DNA of 64,000 bases, taken from positions 1-64,000 of the IMG/VR virus record IMGVR_UViG_3300046459_000427; one strand, written 5' to 3'. Below the pieces are notes generated by a model. It was not told the origin of the DNA. It was given only the letters and a program-made list of their open reading frames with translations, and ran no database searches. The stretch is from a virus. Of this stretch, positions 9,283 through 17,985 are shown in pieces; the stretch's first letter is position 1; the number at the start of each line of letters is the position of its first letter. Position numbers and translations under genes: made by a program.

Positions 9283-9582
9283 ATGTTCTGGTTCTGCGAG
9301 ACGTGCAACGACTGGGGTGTCACGGACACCGAGGTCGACGCTGCGGTGGACCGGCAGCAGCACATGAGCGCTCACGCCGTCCGGGCGCTGGATACGACAG
9401 AGCCCCAGCAGGAGTCCGTGGCTGAGGTTGAGGACACTGTCCTCCGCGCCAAATACCTGGCGTGGGGTAGCACGGCTCTGCTGGGGCTACTGTCTGCTCG
9501 TTGGCACGCGCTGGCGGGGGTAGTGCCCTTCGCGGCCTTGCTCGCCTGGGTGGTGACCCAGTCGGGTAAAGAGGGTGAATGA
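9283..9582 (+). CDS. small membrane protein with N-terminal CxxC/HxxxH
   Basis: FCETC...QQHMSAH plus two hydrophobic segments; convergent on the tRNA cluster. Confidence 0.5.
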   Translation: MFWFCETCNDWGVTDTEVDAAVDRQQHMSAHAVRALDTTEPQQESVAEVEDTVLRAKYLAWGSTALLGLLSARWHALAGVVPFAALLAWVVTQSGKEGE

Positions 9583-9659
9583 CGGGGATTGAACCCGCAC
9601 GCTCCTTCCGGAACACCGGGGTCACAGCCCGGCGCGTCTACCATTTCGCCACACTCACC
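9574..9659 (-). tRNA. tRNA-His(GUG) with long variable arm
   Basis: G-1:C73, acceptor GTGAGTG/CATTCAC, anticodon arm CCGGG-CTGTGAC-CCCGG, T-loop TTCAAT. Confidence 0.8.
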
Positions 9660-9660
9660 G

Positions 9661-9733
<73 letters not shown>

Positions 9734-9813
9734 AAGAAAGAGAAAGTCTCGACCACGCGCTACCCACCCGGAATTTCACCGGCCTAAGCCTTGTCCGTCG
9801 GCCCTTCCCTACG

Positions 9814-9894
9814 TAGCCGAGGCGGGATTCGAACCCGCACGCCTTTCGGCACCGTCTTTTGAGGACGGCGTGGCTGCCATTTCACCACTCGGCC
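9814..9894 (-). tRNA. tRNA-Leu(CAA)
   Basis: CCGTC-CTCAAAA-GACGG, variable arm GCCGAAAGGC, GGTTCGAATCC, A73. Confidence 0.88.
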
Positions 9895-9954
9895 ATTGTG
9901 CCGGACGGCTCCCGGTCTGCCCCAGGTCACCGTCCGGCCTTTCCTGTGTGAATC

Positions 9955-10452
9955 CTACTTCACGGTGTAGCGCCCGTAGTAAACGGACTTCGTCCACGGC
10001 TTGTAGTAGTTGACACCCTTACCCGGCTTCTCGCTTTCGAGCCAGGTGTGGGAATTGACGTAGATACCGACGTGGTAGACGTAGCCGTGCGAGTCGTGGG
10101 CGAAGACGAGATCTCCGGCACGGGGCGTCTTGACGTGCATGCTGTGCCGGTACTGGTCGTTCGCGACCCGGGGGATGCTCCTCCCCAGCTTCTTGAACGT
10201 GTACTGGGTAAGGCCCGAGCAGTCGAAGCCTCTCGACGGCGAGGAACCTCCCCACACGTACCGGACACCCTTGTACTTGGCGCCCTGCTTCACGATCTTC
10301 GTGCCGGACGAAACCGACGTGGTGGACTTGACGGCGACCGGCGCGGTGACCTTCGTGGTCGAGACCGAGGTATTTGCCTGCGCGCTTGTTGCAGCGAGCG
10401 GGGAAAATGCCAGGGCGCCTGCGACCAGAAGTCCAGCGATCCTCTTATTCAT
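9955..10452 (-). CDS. secreted NlpC/P60 cell-wall endopeptidase
   Basis: signal peptide MNKRIAGLLVAGALAF..AQA; YVWGG..GFDCSGL, PRVA..Q, HVGIY. Confidence 0.92.
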   Translation of the reverse strand: MNKRIAGLLVAGALAFSPLAATSAQANTSVSTTKVTAPVAVKSTTSVSSGTKIVKQGAKYKGVRYVWGGSSPSRGFDCSGLTQYTFKKLGRSIPRVANDQYRHSMHVKTPRAGDLVFAHDSHGYVYHVGIYVNSHTWLESEKPGKGVNYYKPWTKSVYYGRYTVK

Positions 10453-10465
10453 AACAGCACTCCGC

Positions 10466-10606
10466 ACGCTTACGAGATTAGGTGACGGGCTCGGGTAAGT
10501 GCCTTTCCCTACCACAAATAGCTCTGCGGATTCGCCCCAAAAGATTCGGTCTCCCGCCCCTGTTCAGGGTTGAGTTCAGGATTTGTCCAGGAACAGGGCT
10601 CAGCGT
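10466..10606 (-). ncRNA. c-di-AMP (ydaO/yuaA) riboswitch
   Basis: CGCTGAGCCC...GGGAGACC..GGGGCGAATC...GTAGGG..CCCGAGCCCGTCACCTAA..GTAAGCG; P1 ACGCT/AGCGT; ends just before the NlpC/P60 RBS. Confidence 0.8.
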
Positions 10607-10616
10607 CTGGACAAAG

Positions 10617-10689
10617 TGGCCCCCCTTGGAATCGCACCAAGATCTCCCGCTTTTCAGGCGGGCGCATTAACTGCCTCTGCCAAAGGGCC
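10617..10689 (-). tRNA. tRNA-Phe(GAA), atypical T-loop
   Basis: CCCGC-CTGAAAA-GCGGG; T arm CTTGG-TGCGATT-CCAAG. Confidence 0.7.
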
Positions 10690-10695
10690 GTGAAG

Positions 10696-10768
10696 TCGGA
10701 AATCAGGGACTCGAACCCGTGTCTACCTGCTCCCAAAGCAGGCGCGCTGACCCTTACGCGAATTTCCG
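10696..10768 (-). tRNA. tRNA-Pro(UGG)
   Basis: acceptor CGGAAAT/ATTTCCG-A, CCTGC-TTTGGGA-GCAGG, GGTTCGAGTCC. Confidence 0.8.
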
Positions 10769-11170
10769 CTGGTTGATGTCTCCGACACTACCGTATCAGG
10801 GATACCCCTTGTCAAGCCATAAACCGCATTAGCTTGCATGGAGAGGGAAGGGTTCCCCGCCGGGTCTTACGCAGCCGCGCCTAGGCGACCGCCGCCCGGT
10901 CAGGCGGGGAACGGGAAACGGCCGAGGCAGAACGCCTTAAAGGCCGGGATGAGCGCGGGCATGCTGGCGGAGGGGAGGTGGTTCCCCTGGCCCGGCCGTC
11001 GCTCGCTCATCGTGTTCATGCATCCATTGAAGCGGATCTCGACTACGGGTTTGTAATCGCTTCCGGCCACTGCCCGAACCCCTCGCGCGAGGCGGGGGGT
11101 AGGACACTGTCCAGACATGGAGAAGGGGCCGGGGATGCACTCCCTCGGCCCCTCGGAAGAATCGGTCAGC

Positions 11171-11536
11171 TTACTTGTGCGCGTCCTGGTACTCGCGCAG
11201 CAGGTCCTCCGGCAGACGCCCCGTGTGGGACACCTCGCGGCCCTGCTCCTGCAACCACTTACGCACGTCCGCCGTGGTGAAGGCGCCCCGCTTGCCCTGA
11301 AGCGCCTTCCTCACCTGCGTACCTGTGCGCTTCTGCGCGTCGTGAGCTACCGAGATGAACGGCTGCACCGCGTCGTTCAGCGCGTCCTGGTGCTCCTCGC
11401 ACAGGTCCATGAGGTACCTCGTGGTCCCGATGGTTACCGCCGTGGGGATGTCGTCGGGCACGGGCCTGCCACAGGACTTCTCGGTGCGGCCCTTCTTCAC
11501 CTTGATATCGCAGAACTTGCTCACACGTTCACCCAT
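11171..11536 (-). CDS. lsr2: Lsr2-like nucleoid-associated protein
   Basis: YLMDLCEEHQDAL..AVQPFI and DVRKWLQEQG.EVS.TGRLP...EY. Confidence 0.8.
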   Translation of the reverse strand: MGERVSKFCDIKVKKGRTEKSCGRPVPDDIPTAVTIGTTRYLMDLCEEHQDALNDAVQPFISVAHDAQKRTGTQVRKALQGKRGAFTTADVRKWLQEQGREVSHTGRLPEDLLREYQDAHK

Positions 11537-11669
11537 AACAACTCCCTCACAACGGCACCTCCGGTTGCTGCGCACCGCAACCTCACGAACGATGCCAATA
11601 CTGCTATCTGACTACTGCTTCTGTCAAGCAGTTCCGGTGTGACGCTCGACAAGCCGGATCCGGTAACAG

Positions 11670-12536
11670 CTAGCCGCCAAGCAGGTGGACCACCGGCGCG
11701 AGAAGGCCGTGGACCACCGATCCGACCGCGCCGGGGTGGCTCGCGGCCGTCGGAGTCGGGCTCGGCGTTGCTGACAGCAGTTTCACCGTAATCGCCGGAG
11801 TCTTCGAGGGCGCGGCGGAGGGCACGGCGGAGGGCACGGAGGTGGTGGCGGTCTTTCGGTGCTTGCCCGCAGTCGCCGTGGCTGCCACTGTCTCAGGCTT
11901 CGTGGTCACCTTGGCGTGCTTGGCCTTCTTGACGGCGCTTCTGGCGTAGTACGAGGCTGCTGGTGCGGGTGCGTAGCCGGACATCTCGTGGGGGGCGAGG
12001 TCGTCGGTGTCGTCGGAGGTGAGATCGGGGCGTTCCAGCTCTTGGTGGGCCCGGTGCTCACCCTCTTCGGCCGCGTAGGCGCACACACCGATGACGAAGG
12101 GGGCCGTCATGGTAGCGGCGATGGCCAGAATGGCCTTCTTGAAGCGTGGGCGCTTGGGACGTCGCCGGGAGACCCTCGTCGGCTGCTGCAAGAGGCTGTC
12201 AGGCATGACCAGCGGACGGCCTGCGGCCTCTTCTTCGGGGAACCAGAAGCCGAACTCCTGACGCTCTTCGAGCCAGCCGACGCACAGCTCGCCGTCCTCG
12301 ACCATCTGGAGCAGCTCGTCGGTGATTTCGTCGCTTTCACCGAAAGCGTTGTCAAGCCCGTAGAAGTCTGGGATGGCATCCTCGTGGGGGACGTCTTCCT
12401 TGTCCCGTACGTAGGGGCCGATGTCGTTGAGCGGCAGCGTGGGAGGGTCGACCGGGGCCCCTCCGTAAAGGCGGCGCAGCTCGCGGACGTCCTGTTCCCC
12501 CGTGTCCTCCGCGCCGTCACGCCTCATGGTGTTCAT
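11670..12536 (-). CDS. membrane-anchored hypothetical protein
   Basis: central TM segment, AKHAK/GKHRK motifs, Ser/Pro/Thr-rich tail. Confidence 0.55.
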   Translation of the reverse strand: MNTMRRDGAEDTGEQDVRELRRLYGGAPVDPPTLPLNDIGPYVRDKEDVPHEDAIPDFYGLDNAFGESDEITDELLQMVEDGELCVGWLEERQEFGFWFPEEEAAGRPLVMPDSLLQQPTRVSRRRPKRPRFKKAILAIAATMTAPFVIGVCAYAAEEGEHRAHQELERPDLTSDDTDDLAPHEMSGYAPAPAASYYARSAVKKAKHAKVTTKPETVAATATAGKHRKTATTSVPSAVPSAAPSKTPAITVKLLSATPSPTPTAASHPGAVGSVVHGLLAPVVHLLGG

Positions 12537-13037
12537 GTTCGTTACTTACCCCTCCTACATGACGCACCCGAGTAAGCGGATTCGCGTGCGTGATCATCTC
12601 CTGTGTCTGGTCCCGGGGGTCACGAGGGGCGTGCGGCTGCTGTAGGAGCAGGGCGCGTGGGGACGCTTAGCCGTGTGATACCGGGTCAACCAGTTGTTGA
12701 AAGGTAGCACCGGGACCTCACAGGGAACAGAGGACCGCCGACTTCCGCAACGGCGTTGCTTTACGTTTCAACGGCGTTTCTTGGTTGTCCCTTTGCGTTT
12801 GCGAGCACAACTCTTGGCGTTACCGGCAGTTACGTGTACTGGGAACGCGTAGAAACACACGGTGGCTTGTTTGTGAACGTTCTGTACCGTGACCTAGATC
12901 ACAGCATAGTTTCGGCCATGAGTGATCAGCCTGTCGACTTAATGTCAAGCTACCACCGGGTACGCCTTGACCCCGCCACGGGATGCCGTAGCGGGGTCAA
13001 TTGTCAAGCGAGTTGCCTTAGAGGCAACTATGCAGTT

Positions 13038-13907
13038 TTAGAAGGCGCCGGGGGCCACCTGAAGGCACCGAAGACCGAGCCAGCGCCACTTCTCGACCAC
13101 CTGGTCGCGGTCGTCGAGGACCAGCCACACGTTGTAGTGGTCGCGGATCTTCGCCTCGTAGATCTCCTCCTTCACGAGCGAGTCCTTGCGGTTGTCCCCC
13201 GCCTCCCGCATGTGCAGGTGCGCCTGCCGCGTCCACTTCCCCACGTGCAGTTCGAGCCAGGCCCGCGTCTGCTCGTAGCAGGAACCGTCCCGGCCGGACA
13301 CGAACACGATCTCCGCGCCCGCGTCGCCGAGGACGTTCACCAGGTCGACGATCTCGCTGACCGGCTCATCCTCGTAGACCCTGTGCCACTCGAAGGGGCC
13401 CCGGCCGACCATCCGGGCCAGCGTGCCGTCGATGTCCACCAGGACCGCGTTCGGCCTGCTCGCGACGTACGGCGGAGGGTCCAGGGGCTTGGGGGCCAGG
13501 AACTGGCTGTGCATGTCCCGGATGACCTTCTCGCCGACGCTCCTGGCCCGCTGGAGGTCTCGCTTGATGCAGGTATGAAGCGGGACCTCGGTGAAGTCCT
13601 TGACGAAGAAGTTCGCCCCCTTCGCCACCGCGATACGGTGCAGCCGGTCCTCGTGCGCCGGGTTGAGGTTGGTGTCGGCGACGATCACGCTGACGCCCTG
13701 GGTCAGGAAGGTCTCCACCAGCAGGTCCCTGGCCTTGACGACCTGGCGCTCGTTCTTGCCGTGCCAGCGGTCGGCGTGCAGCATCGCCCGCAGGTCGTCC
13801 TTGCACACGATGACGACCGAGCCGGGGATGGCCTTGAGGACCTGCTCCCTGGCCCAGGTGCTCTTGCCGGAGCCGGGCAGTCCCTTGGTCATGGTCAGCG
13901 TGGTCAC
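13038..13907 (-). CDS. polynucleotide kinase/3'-phosphatase (T4 PseT-like)
   Basis: GLPGSGKST P-loop, DDLR, HAD DIDGTL and DDR. Confidence 0.92.
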   Translation of the reverse strand: MTTLTMTKGLPGSGKSTWAREQVLKAIPGSVVIVCKDDLRAMLHADRWHGKNERQVVKARDLLVETFLTQGVSVIVADTNLNPAHEDRLHRIAVAKGANFFVKDFTEVPLHTCIKRDLQRARSVGEKVIRDMHSQFLAPKPLDPPPYVASRPNAVLVDIDGTLARMVGRGPFEWHRVYEDEPVSEIVDLVNVLGDAGAEIVFVSGRDGSCYEQTRAWLELHVGKWTRQAHLHMREAGDNRKDSLVKEEIYEAKIRDHYNVWLVLDDRDQVVEKWRWLGLRCLQVAPGAF

Positions 13908-13957
13908 GTGCTTCTCCTTGGGAGTCTTCGGGCCGCAGCACTTGCACTTGTAGGGGC

Positions 13958-14257
13958 TCATCGACAGCACCCGTCGCAGCCGTGCAGGCCCTCGTAGGCG
14001 TCATAGTCCTCGCCCTGCATCAGGCGCTTGTAGGCGAGGTCGTCCGGGTCGGGGTGGCCGACTCCGTGGGGGCAGGTCCGTTCCATCAGCGCCCGGTCCA
14101 TGCGGAAGTGCTGGGGGAAGTCGGCCATGCCGTGGGAGGAGGGGTTGTGGATGGCGCAGTGGCGGCCGAGGCAGTCCTTGCGGGGGTGGGCGAGGAGGCG
14201 TTCCCCGCCCACCAGCTCGGCTTCCTCAAACCACCCGCCGAAGTCATCGGGCTCCAT
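13958..14257 (-). CDS. Cys/His-rich conserved actinophage protein
   Basis: CAIHNPS.H...ERTCPHGVGHPDPD...HGCDGCC. Confidence 0.65.
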   Translation of the reverse strand: MEPDDFGGWFEEAELVGGERLLAHPRKDCLGRHCAIHNPSSHGMADFPQHFRMDRALMERTCPHGVGHPDPDDLAYKRLMQGEDYDAYEGLHGCDGCCR

Positions 14258-15357
14258 CAGGCGGCGTCCTCGGAGACTCCCGAGTACGGCTTGTCGTAGG
14301 CCGGGCGGACCCGCTTCCACAGCCGCGAGGAGACGTCCTTGCCGTCGTACAGGCCGAACAGCACGTCCTTGAACTCGGACTCCTGGGCCAGCAGCGCGAA
14401 CTCCTTGCGGGCGTCCCTGTCCCACTCCGGGCGGCGTACGCGCTTCTTGATCCACTCGTACTCGTCGACCGCGTCCGCGTAGACGCGGCTGTAGTCGCCC
14501 TCCAGCCGGTGCACCTGCTGGTGGACCCAGGTGTAGAACTCGTCCGGCACGTGGTCGATCCAGGACTCGATGCCCTGCCCGTTGGCGAGCGCGTCCCACA
14601 CCGACAGCGTGGAGACGTTCGTGAGGATCCGGTGCAGGCGCACGTACTCGTCGAACTTCCACTTCACCCGCAGATCGCTTTCGGGGAAGTGGACGACGAA
14701 GCCCTCCTCGTTCTTCTCCTGCGGTGCGGCCAGCACGTCGGCCAGCGAGGAGTAGTAGCCGACCGGTGCGTTCCACGGGCCCGGCCAGTCGTAGGGGTCC
14801 TTCGGCAGGGTCTTTCCGGTGGCGGTGTCGAGCACCGCGATCAGGACCAGGTCATCCATCGACTTGTAGTCGACGACGATCCGGTTCTCCGGGTAGACGA
14901 TCTCGAAGAGGTACGTCAGGCCGAGGATCGGCTCGAAGTTCGCGTAGCGGGTGCGCAGGACCTCGGTGGCGTGCAGCGCCTGGGGGCTGGTGAAGGAGCC
15001 GCGCGTGGCAATCGCGTGCTCCCCGGTATGAAGCCCGTACAGGATGCCCAGGCTGCCGTCCCACTTGAGGTAGGTGTCGACCGGCTTGTTCATCAGCCGG
15101 GCCTGCTCCTCGGCCGGGATCTGCGACCAGTTGAAGAACTTCTCGAACGGCCGGGAGACGACCTTCTCCGTGTGGGTGTCGATGATCAGGCCACGGGTCT
15201 TCTTGGTGACGTCGTTCCACTCGTTGTCGAACTGGGCCTTGTTCGTGTAGTTGAAGATGGCCCGGCTGCCGTCCGGGTGGGTCTGATGACGGACGTAGCC
15301 CTTGGTGATGTTGTCGAGAAGGGACTTCTCGTTCACGACGTCGTACAGGTGCACCAT
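14257..15357 (-). CDS. RNA ligase (T4 Rnl1-like)
   Basis: KWDGSLG (motif I), ATRGSF, FEIVYP.NRIV, EGFVV, KxK. Confidence 0.9.
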   Translation of the reverse strand: MVHLYDVVNEKSLLDNITKGYVRHQTHPDGSRAIFNYTNKAQFDNEWNDVTKKTRGLIIDTHTEKVVSRPFEKFFNWSQIPAEEQARLMNKPVDTYLKWDGSLGILYGLHTGEHAIATRGSFTSPQALHATEVLRTRYANFEPILGLTYLFEIVYPENRIVVDYKSMDDLVLIAVLDTATGKTLPKDPYDWPGPWNAPVGYYSSLADVLAAPQEKNEEGFVVHFPESDLRVKWKFDEYVRLHRILTNVSTLSVWDALANGQGIESWIDHVPDEFYTWVHQQVHRLEGDYSRVYADAVDEYEWIKKRVRRPEWDRDARKEFALLAQESEFKDVLFGLYDGKDVSSRLWKRVRPAYDKPYSGVSEDAA

Positions 15358-15386
15358 GTGTGCGCTCCTCGGTTGTGGTGGGACGG

Positions 15387-15611
15387 TCAGAGACGCTGGT
15401 CGAGGGCTGCGACCACGCGCTTGGCGAAGGTCACGTAGAACTCCTCGGGCAGGTGGTCGATGGCGAACCACTTCTTGGTCTCAAGGACGACGATGTCGAC
15501 GGCGGCCTCGCGCTTCTCGCCCTGGCGCTTGAGCCAGTCCTCGGCGGCGCTCTCGTGAGGGATGGCGAGGTGCCCGAGGTTCATGACGGGGCGGTTGTCG
15601 ATGGCGGTCAT
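15387..15611 (-). CDS. hypothetical protein
   Basis: codon bias, operon packing. Confidence 0.5.
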   Translation of the reverse strand: MTAIDNRPVMNLGHLAIPHESAAEDWLKRQGEKREAAVDIVVLETKKWFAIDHLPEEFYVTFAKRVVAALDQRL

Positions 15612-15613
15612 GT

Positions 15614-16021
15614 TCAGCCCTTCTTCGCGGCCTTGGCGGCCTTCTTGGTCTTCTTGGCTGCGGCCTTGAGGTCCCGCTCGTCGAGGTCGCTCTCGACGTC
15701 GATCAGGGCCTCCTCCAGCTTCTCGATGAAGAGGTAGACGGCGCCCTTGAGCCGGTCGGCCTTCGCGCGGGCGTTCTCCAGGTCCTTGCGGAGCTGGTCG
15801 CGGTCCTTCTGCTTGCTGGTCTGGCCGTAGACGCCGAAGTCGAGCGTCGCGCTGCGGGAGCAGTCCTGGATCTGGAGGGTGGCGCTGAAGTCCAGGTAGT
15901 CGTCGCTGTCGTCACCGTCGTTGATCTCCGCGAGTACAGCACCGAGGCCGTGGTGGCCCTCGTTGTTCAGGAACTCCCGGATGTAGAGGCGGCGCTGCTC
16001 GTCGGTGGTCGCGGTGCTCAT
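15614..16021 (-). CDS. hypothetical protein with Lys/Ala-rich tail
   Basis: AGGAG RBS, downstream of promoter 16081-16109. Confidence 0.6.
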   Translation of the reverse strand: MSTATTDEQRRLYIREFLNNEGHHGLGAVLAEINDGDDSDDYLDFSATLQIQDCSRSATLDFGVYGQTSKQKDRDQLRKDLENARAKADRLKGAVYLFIEKLEEALIDVESDLDERDLKAAAKKTKKAAKAAKKG

Positions 16022-16080
16022 GTTGTGGCTCCTAGCGGGTGCTTCTCCGGCGCCTGGCGGGGCGTCTTCCAATAACCAGG

Positions 16081-16109
16081 AATCTATAACGAAGAAGCCG
16101 TAATCGCAA
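16081..16109 (-). promoter_or_regulatory. promoter TTGCGA-N17-TAGATT
   Basis: minus-strand consensus match. Confidence 0.65.
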
Positions 16110-16218
16110 GGGGGTTCACCCAACCGATTTACAAGCGATTACGTGACGACCTTCACGCAGCACGAAGACCCCCGCCGGGAGAGTGTCCCGATGAGGGTCT
16201 TCGCAGGTCAGACGACCT

Positions 16219-16872
16219 CTACAGCCGACGCACGTAGTTGATGAAGTCCTGGAGCCGGTCCGTCCGAGGTTGCTCGGGGAGGATCCCGACGCGGTCGTTG
16301 AAGGTGTCGAACGCCTTCCAGAACTCCTTCTCGATCTGGTCGGCGGTCATCTCATCGAACGCCCAGTAGAACTCCGGGTCCGGCACCCTCACCGTCAGCG
16401 TGCCGTACTCCAGCAGTTGCTGGCCCTGGCGCAGCAGCCTGAAACAGTGCCTCGCGTGCTTCGCGACGCGCTTCTGTCGGCCGTCGTTGGCCAGCTCCTG
16501 CTTGATGCGCTTGATCTGCCCCATGGCGTACCCGCCGTACGCCGAGCGCACGTAGCCCTCGGACAGGAAATCCTCGCGGATGTCGAGCAACCACTCGCCC
16601 TCCCAGGACTGCTGCTCGTACTCCTCCAGGTACATCAGGTCCATGATCGTCGGGTTGCACTTCAGCGCGAGGTTTACGTACTTACCGACCTCATGCAGCG
16701 CGACGTCCGGAGCCTTCGAGACCAGCGAGTCCTGCTGCTTGGCCCCTATGCGGAAGAACTCCGGCGTCGGACGGACGAAGATGCCCAGCCGGTCGATGTC
16801 CGACCCGGGCCGGGCGAGGCCGAAGGCAGTCGAGCCCACGACCCCGCTCAGCAGAATGTTCGGTGTCGTCAT
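16219..16872 (-). CDS. Pol-beta superfamily nucleotidyltransferase (RlaP/Nuc-transf family)
   Basis: VVGSTAFGL...SDIDRLGIF, KCNP, HCFRLL.QG. Confidence 0.8.
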   Translation of the reverse strand: MTTPNILLSGVVGSTAFGLARPGSDIDRLGIFVRPTPEFFRIGAKQQDSLVSKAPDVALHEVGKYVNLALKCNPTIMDLMYLEEYEQQSWEGEWLLDIREDFLSEGYVRSAYGGYAMGQIKRIKQELANDGRQKRVAKHARHCFRLLRQGQQLLEYGTLTVRVPDPEFYWAFDEMTADQIEKEFWKAFDTFNDRVGILPEQPRTDRLQDFINYVRRL

Positions 16873-17384
16873 CAGAACCAGTAGTCCTCGGACGGGTCGT
16901 TGCGGCCGTCGGACTCGTAGGCCTCCGCCGACTCCTCGTACGTCGCCAGCGCTTCCTCCAGCGCCCGGCCCCACGTCTGTCCCTGGTCCTGCTCGACCTG
17001 AGCAACGGTGAGCAAGGCGAGCGTCTCGTTGTCGACCTTGATGTGCCCTTCCTCGACCAGTTCCTGGACCTCGGTGACGACGCTGCTGGTCGACTCCAGC
17101 CGCTCGTACGTCAGGCCCTTGTACGCCAGCACGTGGCCGACCAAGCAGGACGGCGCCTTGTCGGACGGATCGAAGTACGCACACTGAGTGCGTCCCATGT
17201 CCGTGATCGGCTGGTAGACGAAGTCCGCGCCCTTCTCCTTCACGGCGCGGCCCAGCAGTTCCTTGGCCTCGTCCAGCGTGATCTCGACGGCCGTGGGATT
17301 CGGCTTGGAGGTCTTGGCCTCCGGGGTATGAAGCGCCTCGTCGAGGGTGGGGACGTGGCCGACGATCTCGAAGATGTTGGTCAT
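16872..17384 (-). CDS. hypothetical protein
   Basis: YQP...CAYF...PSCLVGHVL; coupled to the downstream gene. Confidence 0.55.
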   Translation of the reverse strand: MTNIFEIVGHVPTLDEALHTPEAKTSKPNPTAVEITLDEAKELLGRAVKEKGADFVYQPITDMGRTQCAYFDPSDKAPSCLVGHVLAYKGLTYERLESTSSVVTEVQELVEEGHIKVDNETLALLTVAQVEQDQGQTWGRALEEALATYEESAEAYESDGRNDPSEDYWF

Positions 17385-17683
17385 GGGGTGCTCTCTTTCG
17401 AGGGGTGGGGAGTCAGTGGCCGAGCAGGTGGAACGCGAGGTAGAAGCCTGTGGCGCTGCACAGGACGCGGAAGACGACCCGCCCAAGGGACTGGAACCAC
17501 AGATCGGACTTCGACGGCCTCGGGCACGGTGCATGGTTCTGGTCGAGGTTCTTCACAGGGCGGCCTTTCAGGAGCAGTCGAATTCGGGGGCGTCGGTTTC
17601 CGGCTCTTCGTCCAGGGCGACGCCGTTGATGAAGATGACGTCGCCGACGTCGATGCCGACGTGCTCCAGCAGGGAACGGATAC

Positions 17684-17935
17684 TCACAGTCCCAGAACCT
17701 CCTTGAGTCGCTGACCGAACGCGTTGACGGTCTCTTCGCGCAGCCGGTCCTCGTGCATGTTGTAGTCCTCCTCGTCGCTGGCGGTGCGCTGCATCAGCAC
17801 CACGTCACCGACCGAGATGGTCGTCGTGAACTCCCGGTAGCCGGTGAAGCCACCGTCCTTCCACGACTCCTCGGTGCTCACCTTGATCAGCGGCTCGGGG
17901 ATCTCAATGGAGCCCCCGTAGGTATGAAGGGTCAC
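17684..17935 (-). CDS. hypothetical protein
   Basis: CCAGGAGG RBS before GTG. Confidence 0.5.
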   Translation of the reverse strand: MTLHTYGGSIEIPEPLIKVSTEESWKDGGFTGYREFTTTISVGDVVLMQRTASDEEDYNMHEDRLREETVNAFGQRLKEVLGL

Positions 17936-17985
17936 GTGTCCTCCTGGTTGGGGGTGGGGCCCGGCGTACCGAGCCCCACCGAGAT

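Noticed and set aside
10838-11140. Short overlapping ORFs between lsr2 and the tRNA promoter
   Set aside because: No codon bias or recognisable motif; cannot choose a frame or support an ncRNA
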